64,000 bases of DNA from Chiloscyllium plagiosum (taxonomy: Eukaryota), in NCBI RefSeq assembly GCF_004010195.1, contig NC_057719.1, positions 8,692,066 through 8,756,065 of the forward strand, written 5' to 3'. Shown in pieces: positions 12,061 to 25,369 of this stretch. The translations under genes were made by a program, and so were the position numbers. Under the pieces are notes generated by a model. The model saw nothing but the letters and a program-made list of their open reading frames with translations. It was not told the origin of the DNA and made no database searches. Numbering within the stretch: the stretch's first letter is position 1; each line of letters begins with the position of its first letter.

Positions 12061-13884
12061 ATGCGAACAGGAGATGGGGACATGAAATCCACACTGGCAC
12101 CTGATCTGCCAACTATGTGGTTTGAAAATCCTCATCCCGGTTTCCAAATCCGTTTGAGGTCTGGCTCCTCCCTTTCACTCTCATCTGCCCCAGCTCCTCA
12201 ACTCTCCCAATCTTGGCATCTCCAATTTTCATCACTTCACCTTTGGAGACCATTGCTTGAGTTGCCAAGGCCCCAGACAGCCTGGAATTGCCTCCCTAAA
12301 CATTCCTTTCTCCTTATTAGTCTTCCTTCCTTTCAACTCTCTGGTATACCTATGTCTTTGGGCTCCTCATCAATTAAAAGTCAAAGTTTTGTTTCCGACC
12401 CTCACTTTCAGAATATTGAAGCTAGTAAATAAGTGTAAGTTGTTGTTGCTTCATGTTGAATGGCTACAATTTATGCGGACAGCTGAAATAAAACACCCGT
12501 GGTACATAGTTGAAAAAAGATGATGCACTATATTCACCATGGAAATTATTGGACTGCAATCTATCCTCAGAAGACCTTTCTCGATGTGTTTTACAAAATC
12601 GATGATGCTTTGGGTAACAAATGGAGTATTCTTGCAACACCATAAAACACAGCAGCAGAAGTAGGCCATTCAGCCCATCAAGTCTGCTTCACCATTCAAT
12701 GAGAGCATGGCTGATCTGATAATCCTCAACTCCACTTTCCTGCCTTTTCCCCTTAACCCTTAATTCCTATCCAGGTCTGAGAGATGTTGTGTTAAGAAGT
12801 GATAAACCCTAACAACATTTATTGATAATCTGCTTGTAATTCATTGCTGGTAGAATGCCATATTGACTTTTACCCTTCCTTTCTGTATGTGACCTCCCCT
12901 ACCTTGACAAACAAGGTAGCAGATGCCACCAGCTTTAAGTTCTTTCTGAAAAAACATCACTATCCTGATTTGGAAATATATCACTTCAGTGTCACTGGGT
13001 CAAAATCCTGGAATTCCCTCCCTCAGGGCGTTACGGGTCTACCTACAGCACATGGACTAAAACAGTTCAAGAAGGCAGCTCACCCCCACCTTCTCAAGGG
13101 GCAACTAGGGCAAGAGATGTTGGCCTAATGACCCCTCACCTCAAGTGAAAGAACACAACAATTTATAATGGCACACTTCCTTCTTAAGATATTTTTCCTT
13201 TTGTGTTTCTTCACTGAACATTAGGGGTGGAATTTAATGATGTTCCCCAGGAGTGAGCTGGGAGATGTGGGCAGGCGGTAGAGTTGATGGTGACAAGGAG
13301 CGTAAAATTGGCTGGGAAGACATGCAATGGAGAGCATGTCACCCTCTCATCCCTGGGCCTTTAGGTGGCCAATTAAGTGCCTCACCCAGATCACATGTGT
13401 AGGCAGCCTGATGCTGTCTCAGCAGAGGCCATGTGACTGACCCACAACTCTTGGAAGCTGTGCCCTCATCCCCATGACCTTGGTAACTGTGACTGCAGTG
13501 CCCCATTGGCATTTTGGGCAAATTGACCACTGCAGGGTTTCCACCAGCTTTCTGGCCAGTGGTCTCCACTCAATGGTTCTGTCTACCCTCCCAAGTCCTG
13601 AGAGCACCAAGGCCAAAGTGGAAGACTCCAAATTAAGACCAGCTGTTTTAGCATCCTATACCGGTCAGAAAATAGAAGAGCCGAGCAATGGAAAAAACTC
13701 TTCCGTTAAATAACTGAGCTGCATGTTTGCTGAGCTGTACACAACTGAAACGGTCCTGTCCTGTCATCGATCCTGTAGGTCCTAAATAACTAATCTCAGC
13801 ACATTGCAATAGCCTGAGAGTTGATTGCAGTGGTGCTAGAATAGGCTGCATTGCTTCTGAGTCAACAAGAGGACCCGGCCCTTC

Positions 13885-14412
13885 AGTAACCTTGGCCATC
13901 TCACAGTTCAGTGTCAAATTTTGGTGGATCACAGTTTCTGCCCAACACCTTTGGACCTCTTACGAAGTTGAAGGTACAACGTCAATGCAATGCTGAGATT
14001 GAGAATTTGTTGCTAGGCAGAGGAATTAAGCATCTGGATTAGAGTGGAAAAGCATAGCAGTTCAGGCAGCATCCGAGGAGCAGGAAAATCGACGCTTCCC
14101 CTCCCCCCACCTTGTCTCAGTCAAATCCCTCGAACTCAGCACTGCCTTCCTAACCTGCAATCTTCTTCCTGACCTCTCCGCCNGTCGATTCTCCTGCTCC
14201 TTGGATGCTGCCTGACCTGCTGTGCTTTTCCAGCAACACATTTTCAGTAGGACAAAGGACCAAGTAACCTTGGCCATCTCACAGTTCAGTGTCAAATTTT
14301 GGTGGATCACAGTTTCCGCCCAATACCTTTGGACCTCTTACGAAGTTGAAGGTACAATGTCAATGCAATGCTGAGATTGAGAGTTTGTAGCTAGGCAGAG
14401 GAATTAAGCATC
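13885..14412. repeat. 150-bp direct duplication (13885-14034 and 14263-14412) bracketing Penelope pLTR fragments in inverted orientation
   Basis: The two copies differ at 5 positions. The intervening DNA has gcagcatccgaggagcaggaaaatcgac and a near reverse complement; there is a single N at 14183. Confidence 0.88.
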
Positions 14413-14761
14413 ATGGAACCAGGGCAAGTAGGCAGAGTTAAGTTGCAGATCAGCCATGATCCGCCAATATAGTTGAAGAAGTGACTTTTATTGAATGTCT
14501 TGAAGGAGGAGAGAGAGAGGATGGAATTTGGTGAGACAATTCCAGTCCTTAGGGTCCAGGGTATGATCATAATGGTGAAGGGACAATCCAAGGCAAAGTC
14601 AGAGGAACACAGAGACTTCAGAGGATGGCAGAGGTGGTGGAGGTTACATAGATAGGAAGGGATGTTCACTCAGAAGCAGTGAATCCTTTCCTAACAGCTC
14701 TGTTGTCAGCTGCCAGACTGTTGCACTGTGCTGAGATTAGTGATTTAGCCTCAGACCTACA

Positions 14762-15150
14762 TAGAGTCATAGAGTTTTCAATGTTCAACATGGAAGCAAA
14801 TCCTTCGGTCTAACCCGTCCATGCCGACCAGATATCCCAACCCAATCTAGTCCCACCTGCCAGCACCCAGACCATATCCCTCCAAACCCTTCCTATTCAT
14901 ATTCCTATCCAGATGCCTTTTAAATGTTGCAATTGTACCAGCCTCCACCACTTCCTCTGGCAGCTCATTCCATACATTCACCACCCTCTGTGTGAAAAAG
15001 TTGCACCTTAGGTCTCTTTTATATCCTTCCCCTCTCACCTTAAACCTATGCCCTCTAGTTCTGGACTCCCCCACCTTAGGGAAAAGACTTTGTTTATTTA
15101 TCCTATCCATGCCCCTCATGATTTTATAAAGGTCACCCCTCAGCCTCCGA
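14762..15150 (-). mobile_element. CR1/HER1-like LINE 3' fragment
   Basis: RRLRGDL..KIMRGMDR...FFTQRVVNVWNELP...FKRHLD on the minus strand. Confidence 0.9.
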
Positions 15151-15911
15151 CATGATTGATAATGTATAGTACCCCTCAGGCAATAGTAAATCACTGAGGA
15201 AGAGAAGTTGTCATTTTAGTGTTTATTTCAGGATATCTACTAAATAAAACGAAACAAAATCAGTGAGATCTTGGATCCAGAGTAGATACAGAAGTAATGA
15301 CTTCCAAATCTGAAGCATAAGAGCGAGGGAAAGACACCACTTCACTTGAAAATTCTCATTTAGAGTGTGGAGATCAGGGAAGTGATGGTGCAATGAGAGG
15401 TGATTTGTTTTTATATATAGGAGCTCTGTGCCAATGCGTTTTCCCTTGAGACTCCTTAATGCCAGTCAGTCAGGCAGCTGAATCTATTCACGCATTGAGA
15501 AACTGGAATTTGACGAATAGATCACCATTATCTTGTGTGTGTGTCAGTCCTTTCGACAAGGAACTCTTGCTAACTTGTATTTCACAGAGAAAATGAAGCG
15601 CTGGAAAGTCGGAGTGTCACCATAGCACACTCTGTAACTGAGCATACCACTGACAAGCTTTTATACTTGAGCTGGAAACTATCTAACCTACTTTCACTTC
15701 AATTTTATTGAAATCTGTCTCTGACACTCAGTGTCCTGCTCCTCAGCTACACACTCATGGGAAAGTTGAATTTAAGAAGCAATTTTTAAAAGCAAGGATA
15801 AAGGGATTGACTTGTAATAAGAATAAGGTTAGGAGGGTTGCATGGAAGGCTGAGACTTGGGAACTGCCGGTCTCTATCCCTCAGTAGTTGCTGGCCGTGG
15901 TGCTGAATTGT

Positions 15912-16452
15912 CATCGAGTCTAAGGGATGTACATTATGGGAACAGATCCTTCAGTCCAACTCGTCCATGCTGACCAGATATCCCAATCTAATCTAGACCC
16001 ATTTGCCAGCACGTGGCCCATATCCCTCCAAACCCTTCCCATTTATATGCTCATCCAGATGTCTTTTAAATGTTGCAATTGTACCAGCCTCCACCACTTC
16101 CTCTGGCAGCTCATTCCATACACGCACTACCCTCTGCATACAAAAGTTGCCCCTTAAGTCTCTTTTATATCTTTCCCCTCTCACCATAAACCTATGCCCT
16201 CTAGTTCTGGACTCCCCCAGGGAAAAGACCTTTTCTATTTACCCTATCCATTCACCTCATGATTTTATAAACCTCTATAAGGTCACCACTCAGCTTCAGA
16301 TGCTCCAAGGAAAACAGCCCCAGCCTGTTCAGCCTCTGCCTATAGCTCAAATCCTCCAACCCCAACAATATCCTTGTAAATCTTTTCTGAATGCTCTCAA
16401 ATTTCACAACATCCTTCCATTAGAAGGGAGACCAGCACTGCCCACAATATTC
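15912..16452 (-). mobile_element. CR1/HER1-like LINE 3' fragment
   Basis: Minus-strand RGERYKRDLRGNF..RVVRVWNELP with tail. Confidence 0.9.
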
Positions 16453-16511
16453 CTCATCAGGGATTGGCTGTCACAATTTGTCTATTGGCATCATATTTCA
16501 TTAAGGGGTCA

Positions 16512-16632
16512 TGATGTGAGGAGCTGGTTTTGGACTGGGGTAGCCAAAGTTGAAAATCACACGAGCCCAGGTTATAGTCCGACATGTTTATTTGAAATCA
16601 CGAGCTTTTAGCACACTGCTCCTTCATCAGGC
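16512..16632 (-). mobile_element. 121-bp Penelope-type terminal mini-insertion (family B) with degenerate hammerhead motif
   Basis: 9-bp TSD AAGGGGTCA at 16503-16511 and 16633-16641. Minus strand begins gcCTGATGAaggagcagtgtgctAAAAgctc. Related pieces occur at 5530-5590, 26091-26120 and 57271-57360. Confidence 0.7.
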
Positions 16633-16894
16633 AAGGGGTCAGTTAGCTGGAAATCACAATATAGAAGAAGGCAATTTGACCCATTGATTCTGCACCAGGG
16701 TTTTCAAAGAACAATCCATTTATTCCCAAATTAACATGACACCTTGATTTTTTTTAATCCATCAGGTATTTACCCAATTAACTTTGATGTCTGAATCTGT
16801 ATTTGACAGTGGAATCAAATTCCTAATCGTGGGTTGTGTTAAACAGTTTTCCCTCAGGTCACCTCTGGTTTCTTTGCCAAACACTTGATATCTA

Positions 16895-17029
16895 AACTGG
16901 TTAACAATGCAGAGTCACACCGACAGTGTGGCTTCAATTCCTAAAATCAGCTGAAGACACAAAGGACTCTCTTCATCAACCTCTCCCTCGGCCCTATGAC
17001 TTGGCCCTCAGGTTAAACCACTGCCAGTT

Positions 17030-17061
<32 letters not shown>

Positions 17062-17100
17062 ACATAAGAGGTCTGGTAGGACTATGGTAACTTTACACTT
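16895..17100 (+). mobile_element. tRNA-derived SINE, separate family, with internal (CT)n
   Basis: B-box-like ggcttcaattcc, then aacctctccc...ccctcaggttaaaccac...ggactatggtaactttac; related pieces at 1765-1890 and 42070-42220. Confidence 0.55.
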
Positions 17101-17229
17101 ACTTGGTACGTACGGCATCTTAATGTAGAAAGAACAATTATAGAAAACACATTAGACTGTACTCATCAACTCCACTTGCAAGATTGGCCTGAGCTGTGTG
17201 AAAAATTAAGGATCTTTGTGGCTAAAACT

Positions 17230-17596
17230 CCCATCTATAGAATTGATCTACCAGGCCCGCTGTCAAGGAAAGGCTGCCAGCATTCTCAAAGATCCATCCC
17301 ACCCTGGCAATGTTTTTCTACAACCTTTACCACTGGGGAGAAGGTACAAAAGACTGAACACACACACCAGCTGGTTTCGAAACAGTTTCTACCCTACTGT
17401 TGTTAGAATACTGAATAGACTTACAAACTCTTAACATTCACCTGTACCTGTATTTTTGTTTTTGCCGCTCTTTACCTATTATTTACTATCTATGTTACTT
17501 AACTCTGTGATCTGCCTGTATTGCTCACAAGACAAAGCTTTTCACTGTATCTCAGTACATGTGACAATAAATTCAATTCAATTCAATTCAATTCAA
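17230..17596 (+). mobile_element. Rex1/Babar-like LINE 3' end
   Basis: ARCQGKAASILKDPSHPGN.FLQPLPLGRRYKRLNTHTSWFRNSFYPTVVRILN with an (ATTCA)n tail; similar copy at 55770-56110. Confidence 0.8.
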
Positions 17597-17969
17597 TAAA
17601 GGTTGTGAGGGGCGGGCCAACAATTACATGGGACTGGCTGCTATATCGATATATCTGGTATTAAGTGCCAGCTGATTCACTGGTCAGTCTCTGAGTGACA
17701 AGGTTTAGTTCCCATTCCAGAGACTTCTGCAGCAGGTTGACTGTACTGAGGACAGCTTCACTCACGACATGCAGAGTGGGCCATTCAGCCCCTCAAGTCT
17801 ATTCCACCATTCAGCATCCACCATTTTCCTGAAGTATCTCAGTCAAATCTTTCTGCATTATTCCCATATCACTCGATTCTCTTGAGATCCTAACATTGAC
17901 CAATCTCAGTCTTGAATGCACTCAATGACTGAGCAGTGGCAGGGCTCTCTGTTGTCGCTAACTGACGAC

Positions 17970-18266
17970 AAAATCAAAGACCCCACCCACCCCAGTTACA
18001 CTTTGTTCCACCCTCTTCCATCAGGCGAAAGATACAAAAGTTTGAAAACATGTATCGACAGATTTAAGAACAGCTTCTTCCCCACTGAGATCAGACGAAT
18101 GAACGGACCTCTCATATACTGGAGTCAATCTTTCTCTGCAGTAGTAACACTGTATTGTGCATTCTGTTCCATTACTGTGGTATATATGGTATGATTTGTC
18201 TTGTTAGCAGTGCAGAACAGTGCTTTTCACTGTATCTTGGTGACAATAATAAATCAAATCAAATCA
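17970..18266 (+). mobile_element. Rex1/Babar-like LINE 3' end
   Basis: IKDPTHPSYTLFHPLPSGERYKSLKT...RFKNSFFP with an (aaatc)n tail. Confidence 0.78.
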
Positions 18267-18964
18267 AGAGAATAATAACTGGAGAATACAAAGATCTTGG
18301 AGGGTCTTTGGGCTGGAGGACATTATAGAGAGGAAAGACCATGACAAAGGTTTTGAAAGGAAGGATGAGAATTATAAAATCCTCAAACTGGAAGCATGCT
18401 TTAAATCAATAATGGCTTCCCAGCCTCTACCCCAGTATTAGTTTGCTTATATGGGTCAGGTCTGTATTGTGGATGCCAATGTATTGTCCCATCTTCAACA
18501 CCTTCCTTATATACACAACAGGAACCTGAAACTGCATCCATGTGTCACGTTCAAACAAGTCACTGAGTTAACTGCACAGACACATCGAGAAAAAACATCA
18601 CTGCATTTTCTCTTGGTATCATGCAGTGGTGTGTTGTAAACAAAAGAGCAATGTTTTATTCAAGTGCAATTCTCAGAGAACTCTGAACAGCGATTCTACC
18701 CCATGGCTAGCAGTAGGATAATAAAAAAAAACCCCGGGAGTCTAGTATATCAAACTGACAAAGCTGAGCTCAACACAGCAAGTAAATAAACACTTTGACA
18801 TCTTGTACAAGGTTGCAGCATTGGAACATGACTTTATTCACTGGCAAGGCAGCTGAGGATTAAGGTGCACTCTGCAATTAGCTGTGCTGCTTCCGAAGTG
18901 GGGTTCCCAGCCTATGGCCCCTCTTGTTTCTACTTTCATTTCATTTTACTTTTTCTCTTCATTT

Positions 18965-19000
18965 ATCATCATCATCATCATCATCATTATCATCGTCATC
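18965..19000. repeat. (TCA)n microsatellite
   Basis: atcatcatcatcatcatcatcattatcatcgtcatc. Confidence 0.9.
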
Positions 19001-19504
19001 AAGAGTGCCTTGTCCAAAGACAGGTTCTTGGTGAATTGTGGTTTTCATTAATCTCTCGGTCCTGGTCTATCCTTTTCACTTAGTGATTTTCAAGTCATCC
19101 AACATTGAAATTTTCTTTTATTCCTATTCCCTCTTTCCCCTTGAAATCCACCCTTCATAACACTTCTTACAAGGCCCCTTTTCTCTTAAGATTTGTCCTG
19201 TTCAGTTTCCTCATGTTCCTTTCATCCACTTTGTTCTCCACCTCATGATCTTTCTATTATTTGTTCATGGCATGTGGGTTAGCATTTATTGCCCATTCCC
19301 AGAATTAAAAATCAACCACCTGGAGTTACAGAGGACTTTACTGAACCTGATGGGTTTTTACAACAATCAACACTGATTACATGGTTGTCAGTAGCCAGCT
19401 TTATTTTGTAAATTCCAGGTCTTTACTGAGTTCAACTTTCACCATCAGCTCTGGTGGGATTTGAACCGACAGCTCCAGCATATTTGCCTGGGTTTCCAGA
19501 TCAT

Positions 19505-19820
19505 CGAATAGAATTACTATGGTGTGGGAGTCGGCCTTTTGGTCCATCGAGTCCACACCAATCCTCCGAAGAGCATCTCACCCACATTTCCCATGGCTAA
19601 TCTAATCTAATCTAACCCACCTAGCCTGCACATCCCTGGAAACCATGAATAATTTAGCGTGGCCAATCCCCCTAACTTGCATATCTGTAGACTGTGGGAG
19701 GAAGCCCACGCAGACACGGGGAGAATATGCAAAATCCAAACCGACAGAGGCGCGAGGGCGGGATCAAACCCGGGTCCTTGATGCCGTGAGGCAGCGGTAC
19801 TAACCAGTGAGCCACTGTAT
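19505..19820 (-). mobile_element. HE1-type V-SINE
   Basis: Reverse-complement A and B boxes plus the V-domain ggattttgcatattctccccgtgtctgcgtggg. Confidence 0.85.
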
Positions 19821-21939
19821 GGTTGGAACAGTGAGATTGTCACTAAACCACTGCATCCCCTATTACCTGCAATAGTTCATTCACTCTTTCACTACTCTGC
19901 CTCTCTGTCATTACACTTCTAGTGTGCAAACTCCCTCCCTATCCTGCACCCCCCCTTTTCGGTCCCCCATATCGTATTTCACTTCTTAATGCCCCTACTA
20001 TGACATAAGAAACTGGGAGTTATGCATTGCCACTTCCAAAGGATCCTGGAATTGTTAGCAGTTGCAACAAAGTATGGCCTGATAGATGGCTCAGCTAAAT
20101 TGGGCAAAGAATAGCCAAGTCAGTTGTGCACCATATGCTTTCTCTCCGTTATCCCTTGGACGTAAGGGAGTGGCCGTGCTAGGGATCAGCCAAGACGAGA
20201 GAGTAATGGTTTCAACTGATGCCTCAGCTGTGAAGGTGTAGTGAGGATGCTGCTGGATGGATTGGTAGCTGTACAAATGCCTCGGTTGAATAAAAGATGG
20301 AATAGTGTGCAGGCATTGGGGAATTGGCTGAGGGGGGGGGGTTTGTGAAGGAAGAGTTTTTTTTTCTATAATGGACACAGAAGTAAGAAAGATTGAGAGG
20401 GGGAAAGCAGGTGAGGGTGGAGAGTGATACAGGAAGTGATCAGAGGTGTTCTTTGTCTGTGACTTAAAGTACAGTAATGCGATCTTGTGAGGTAGCAAGG
20501 TCAAGGAGTGCCTGAAAATGTGTTCGAGAGTTTAAGGGAGGATACAGAACAATTCTGGTTACAATTGACCAGAAAGAGTGTTTCATAATGAAAAACTAAA
20601 ATAATGATAACATCAAACATCCTTTCCAATTGGGTCATTGCAACAAGAAGGAAAAAGGTTCTAACAATCTGCGGCACTGAAGTGAACAGTTACTATTTTC
20701 TGTCCACAGACTCACAGCACTGTAAGAATGACTCCATTTTAAGTAAAACTGGAGGATGGAGCAGTGGGATTAGGGATGGCAATATGTTTAGTGGCAACAC
20801 AATACGATACATAAATTTCTCACACCCTGTTCTTGAGCTTTAATCTGCTTTGAAATAGCCACTATTTTAAGTTTCGCAAAATAATGTGTTATTGCATCCA
20901 CTATTCCCTATGTGGGATTGCTTGCCAAAATTGCTTTGCATCCATAAAGCTTATTGTGGAAGATAAAATACACCTTCGAGCATTTTCCATATCCTATGCA
21001 TGATATGCTCCATCTGTACAACATACAGTATCTCCATAATTACAGCAGTGAGAAATGCTAGATTGATCCAAGCAAAATCAATTCTGATTATATTTCTTAC
21101 AAGCAGAAACACTGTACTATCATCCAGGAGTTTATCTATAAATAACCCAGTCTCTCACACAATGATACCTCCAGGCTGCTTGTAGCTTGCATTTGAACTC
21201 ATTCAAACATAAAACATTCTTACTAAATTTTTCAGAGTTGGGATGAGGTTAAATAGATGGCTTTCCTGCTACTCCAGTCCTCACTTGCTTCTGTCAAAAA
21301 GTTGTCCAAATGCATCCCTTACAGAAACATCTCTGTTTTATCACAATCCATGTAACATTCCCACTGAGGTAATCTCTGTTTACAGCTACTATGTTGAGGT
21401 CAAGCCATTATGGTTTCTCTTACAGCTATGGTCCCTGTAATATTCTGATCATCACACTCATGTCGGCACAGAAACAGACCATCAGGGTCCTTGCGCTTCC
21501 TTAGTTGTTTAGCAAGATTATGGCTGCTGAACTACCACTGGACTCCAAATCACGTCTTCACCCCTTACAGAGTCATAGAGTTAGAGAGTTAAAGAGTCAT
21601 ACAGCATGGAAACAGATCCTTTAGTCTGATAAGACCACAAACTAAACTAAACTAGTCCCAACTGTCTGCCTTTAGTACATATGCCTCCAAACGTTTCCTA
21701 TTCATGAACTTATCCAAACATCTTACTCATTAATATATTTGACTAACAACAATTTAGCAATCCCAGTTTTATATTTAATAATTGATCCATCATCAATTGC
21801 CTTTGGAAAGTTCCAATTTCCAACACCTTTACTGTGAAAACAAGGATTCCTGATCACTTTCCCATTCAACTTGTTCAGGTTGTCACTCGAAAGGTTCCTG
21901 TTCTTTTCCCATTGCCCACTGTATTATATTCCCATAACT

Positions 21940-22710
21940 ACAGTCCAAGTCCAAATGCAGTTAAACCTGGTCATCGGGCTTGAACTGATAAGTTGTAAGT
22001 AACATTCATGGTACAAAGGTGCTCGGCAACAAGCATCTCCAACAAGAGGGAATTAAAATATTGGCCTTTAACATTCAATAGTGTTACCATTGCTGTATTA
22101 TCCATCATCAACATTCTGGTTACAATTGACCAGAAAGTCAACTGAACTTGGCCCATAAACACAATGGCTACAAAAGCATGTCAGAGGCTAGGAATCCTGC
22201 AGCAAGTGAGTCACCTCCTGAATCAAATTCTGTCCACCATCTACAAGGCACAAGTCGGGTTGTGATGGAATACTCCCCACTTGCCTGGATGAGTGTAGCT
22301 CCAACACTCAAGAAGCTTGACACCATCCAGGACAGAGCGGCCCACTTGATTGGAATTTCATCCACAAGCATTATCTCCTTCTGTTGCTAGTGCCACCACA
22401 CTATCTATCATCAACAAAATGCACTGCAGAGGATTCCCAAGGGCCTTCCAAGGCACATTCCAAACCTGGAAGCACTTCCATCTAGAAGGACAATGGCAGC
22501 AGATACCTTGAGAGCAACACTGCCTGCATGTTCTCCTCCAAGCCACTCATCATCCTGACTTGGAAATACGTCACCATTCCTTCACTGTCATTGGGTCAAA
22601 ACCCTGGAACTTCCTTCCTTACACTACCGCAGCTCACCATGACCTTCTTAGGCACCGGCAATAAATACTGACAAAGCTAGCAACTCCCAGATCCCATGAA
22701 AGAATAAAAA
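21940..22710 (+). mobile_element. RTEX-like LINE 3' fragment, decayed
   Basis: Frameshifted STIYKAQV..VMEYSPLAWMSVAPTLKKLDTIQDRAAHLIG and tail atcccatgaaagaataaaaaa. Confidence 0.7.
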
Positions 22711-23419
22711 AGTTTGTCTATTTAATAAATTTTGTTTATAATGCAGGAATAGTCTCAATAGCCTAATTAAACCATGCCAGTGTAGATGCCTCACAAGCCT
22801 TCTCTTACCTTTCTGCATCGAACCTCATGGATCTACTTTTCAAACTCTGTCTCATTCATGTATCTATCTGGTTTCCCCTGAAGGATCTCGATGTTAATTA
22901 CCACAACTGAGCTTCGTTGNNNNNNNNNNNNNNNNNNNNNNNNNNNNNNNNNNNNNNNNNNNNNNNNNNNNNNNNNNNNNNNNNNNNNNNNNNNNNNNNN
23001 NNNNNNNNNNNNNNNNNNNNNNNNNNNNNNNNNNNNNNNNNNNNNNNNNNNNNNNNNNNNNNNNNNNNNNNNNNNNNNNNNNNNNNNNNNNNNNNNNNNN
23101 NNNNNNNNNNNNNNNNNNNNNNNNNNNNNNNNNNNNNNNNNNNNNNNNNNNNNNNNNNNNNNNNNNNNNNNNNNNNNNNNNNNNNNNNNNNNNNNNNNNN
23201 NNNNNNNNNNNNNNNNNNNNNNNNNNNNNNNNNNNNNNNNNNNNNNNNNNNNNNNNNNNNNNNNNNNNNNNNNNNNNNNNNNNNNNNNNNNNNNNNNNNN
23301 NNNNNNNNNNNNNNNNNNNNNNNNNNNNNNNNNNNNNNNNNNNNNNNNNNNNNNNNNNNNNNNNNNNNNNNNNNNNNNNNNNNNNNNNNNNNNNNNNNNN
23401 NNNNNNNNNNNNNNNNNNN

Positions 23420-23620
23420 CTATCACCCTCACCTTGACCTCGTTCCACCTATCGCATTTCCAATGCCCCTCCAATGAGTCCCTCCTCCCTCCCTTTAATC
23501 TTAGCCCGCTTGGCAAACTTTCCTTATTCCTGAAGAAGGGCTCATGTCTGAAACGTCAATTCTCCTGCTCCTTGGATGCTGCCTGACCTGCTGCGCTTTT
23601 CCAGCAACACATTTTCAGCA
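23420..23620 (+). mobile_element. Penelope-like pLTR 3' end (family A) with hammerhead motif at 23530-23557
   Basis: attcCTGAAGAagggctcatgtctGAAACGTCaatt followed by ggatgctgcctgacctgctgcgcttttccagcaacac. Confidence 0.8.
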
Positions 23621-23879
23621 CATATATGGAAAGGAAAGATTTGGAGGAATGTGGGCTTAACATAGGCAAATGGACCAGGTCAGTTTAGGAATCCTGGTCA
23701 GTATGGCCAAAGGGTCTGTTTCTGTGCTGTACGTCTCTATGACTCTTACCAGGCTCGATCCTCATTCTAACTTCATCCCCATGTCTTTGCCTCCAGATCT
23801 CATAATGCATCTGTTCAGTGAAAATCTGTCCAACTCAGATTTATTTCAATGTATAATTAAACTCATATCTTTTGTGCAA

Positions 23880-24140
23880 TCATAGAATGTCAACAATGCA
23901 GATAGAGGTCAATCAGCCCAGCCTCGGCTCTCTGAACAGCATCCCAACCAGACCCACCCCCCCACCTAACACATCGAACTGGCACATCTTTGGACTGTGG
24001 GAGTAAACTGAAGCACCCAGAGGAAATCCTTGCAGACATGGGGAGAATGTGCAAACTCCACATTCGTCCAAGGCTGGAATTGAACCTAGTTCAATAGTGC
24101 TGTGAGGCAGCAGTGCTAGCCACCAAGCCACCATACTACC
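23880..24140 (-). mobile_element. HE1-type V-SINE
   Basis: V-domain and tRNA-like head on the minus strand. Confidence 0.82.
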
Positions 24141-24354
24141 CACGTGGGAGAGAGTTCCACACATTCCTGTGTGAACATTTGCAACTTTACTTCTTTCTTG
24201 AATGGCCTGCCTCTCACTTCAGATTATACCCCTTGTTCCCAATTAGTATAATAAAATACCAAAAAGCAAATTGTGCTGCAACCTACTCTACTCTCTTCAA
24301 TCCAAAGATTTCTTATGCAACCTCTCCTCGCAAGCTCATCTTTACAGTCCCAAT

Positions 24355-24640
24355 AAGATTTGATTCCCTACAGTATCGAAACAGGCCCTTCGGCCCAACA
24401 AATCCACACCAACTCTCCGAAGACTAACCCATCCACCTACCTTATATTTATCCCTGACTAATGCACCTAACACTATGGGCAATCCACTCAACCGGTACAT
24501 CTTTGGACTGTGGGAGGAAACCCACGCAGACATGGGTAGAATATGCAAACTCCACACAGACAGTCACCTGAGGCTGGAATTGAACCCTGGCCCCTGGCGC
24601 TGTGAGGTAGCAGTGCTAGCCACTGAGCCACCTTGCCACC
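24355..24640 (-). mobile_element. HE1-type V-SINE
   Basis: Head ggtggctcagtggctagcact, V-domain and (aatct)n tail on the minus strand. Confidence 0.88.
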
Positions 24641-24759
24641 CCTAACATTCTGAATGTGTCAGTTAATTCTCCAGGAGTGACCTCTACTTTCCTTCTTTTA
24701 GGGACAAACCCAGTGCTGTTCCCCAGCTTCTCAAATGGAGATTGGGTTGCACAACTGAC

Positions 24760-25130
24760 TGCAGAGGAAATGATGCTAAAAATCCACTGACAGAAAGCAA
24801 TGGTCTTGGGACATGGGTTCAAATCAGACCTCACCGCTGGGAGCATTGATGTTAAATTTATCAAAATAAATGGCTTGGGATGGTACTCCAACCTGAAAGC
24901 TAGTTGTCAGTCATGAGACTATGACCAGATTGACATAAGATCCTATTTGGTAAAATGTGTCCTTTATAGGAGATCGCCCCACTTTACCTGGTCTGGTCTG
25001 CTAACCCCAGAGTTAATGTGACTGACTCTTAACTACCCCCTGACATGGTCAAGCAAGCCATCCAGTTCAAGAGGCAATTAGGTATGGACAATAAATGCTA
25101 ACGAAGCCCACATCCCATGGAAGAACTTTA
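24760..25130 (+). mobile_element. tRNA-derived SINE sharing its 3' tail with the RTEX-like LINE
   Basis: gggttcaaatc B box, gactcttaactaccccctga...gcaagcca...gcccacatcccatg tail. Other copies lie near 10025-10490, 29310-29640, 37975-38300, 47735-48350 and 61170-61600. Confidence 0.65.
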
Positions 25131-25369
25131 AAACACACGAAACAGCCAGGACTGATTCCTTAACATCCCTCAATCCTCCATCCTCAATCCCCATGCTACA
25201 CCTCATTTTCATCAGCCAAACAAAGTCAAGCTTCCTTTAAACCAAATGAGAAGCAGATCCTGGTAGAGGTCTGTGTTGTTTACCAGGAATCAGGTTGGGT
25301 GTGTCTGAGGCAAACTCAGTCGCACCAAATCCCTACAGCAGGGCCTTAGGATGAGTTTAATGTTAATCA

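Noticed and set aside
10883..12085. Long ORFs of 270-400 aa in the ORF track
   Set aside because: These are artefacts of the (CA)n repeat and N-gap read-through. The same applies to ORFs over gaps 22920-23419, 55034-55533 and 63428-63847.
16003..16611. 202-aa plus-strand ORF
   Set aside because: It is the antisense reading of a CR1 3' fragment running into a Penelope insert.
22803..22910. Donor-like GCAGAAAG|gtaaga resembling the end of an SS4 exon
   Set aside because: There is no acceptor at 90 nt, the nearest in-frame option contains a stop, and the sequence looks like a decayed LINE tail.
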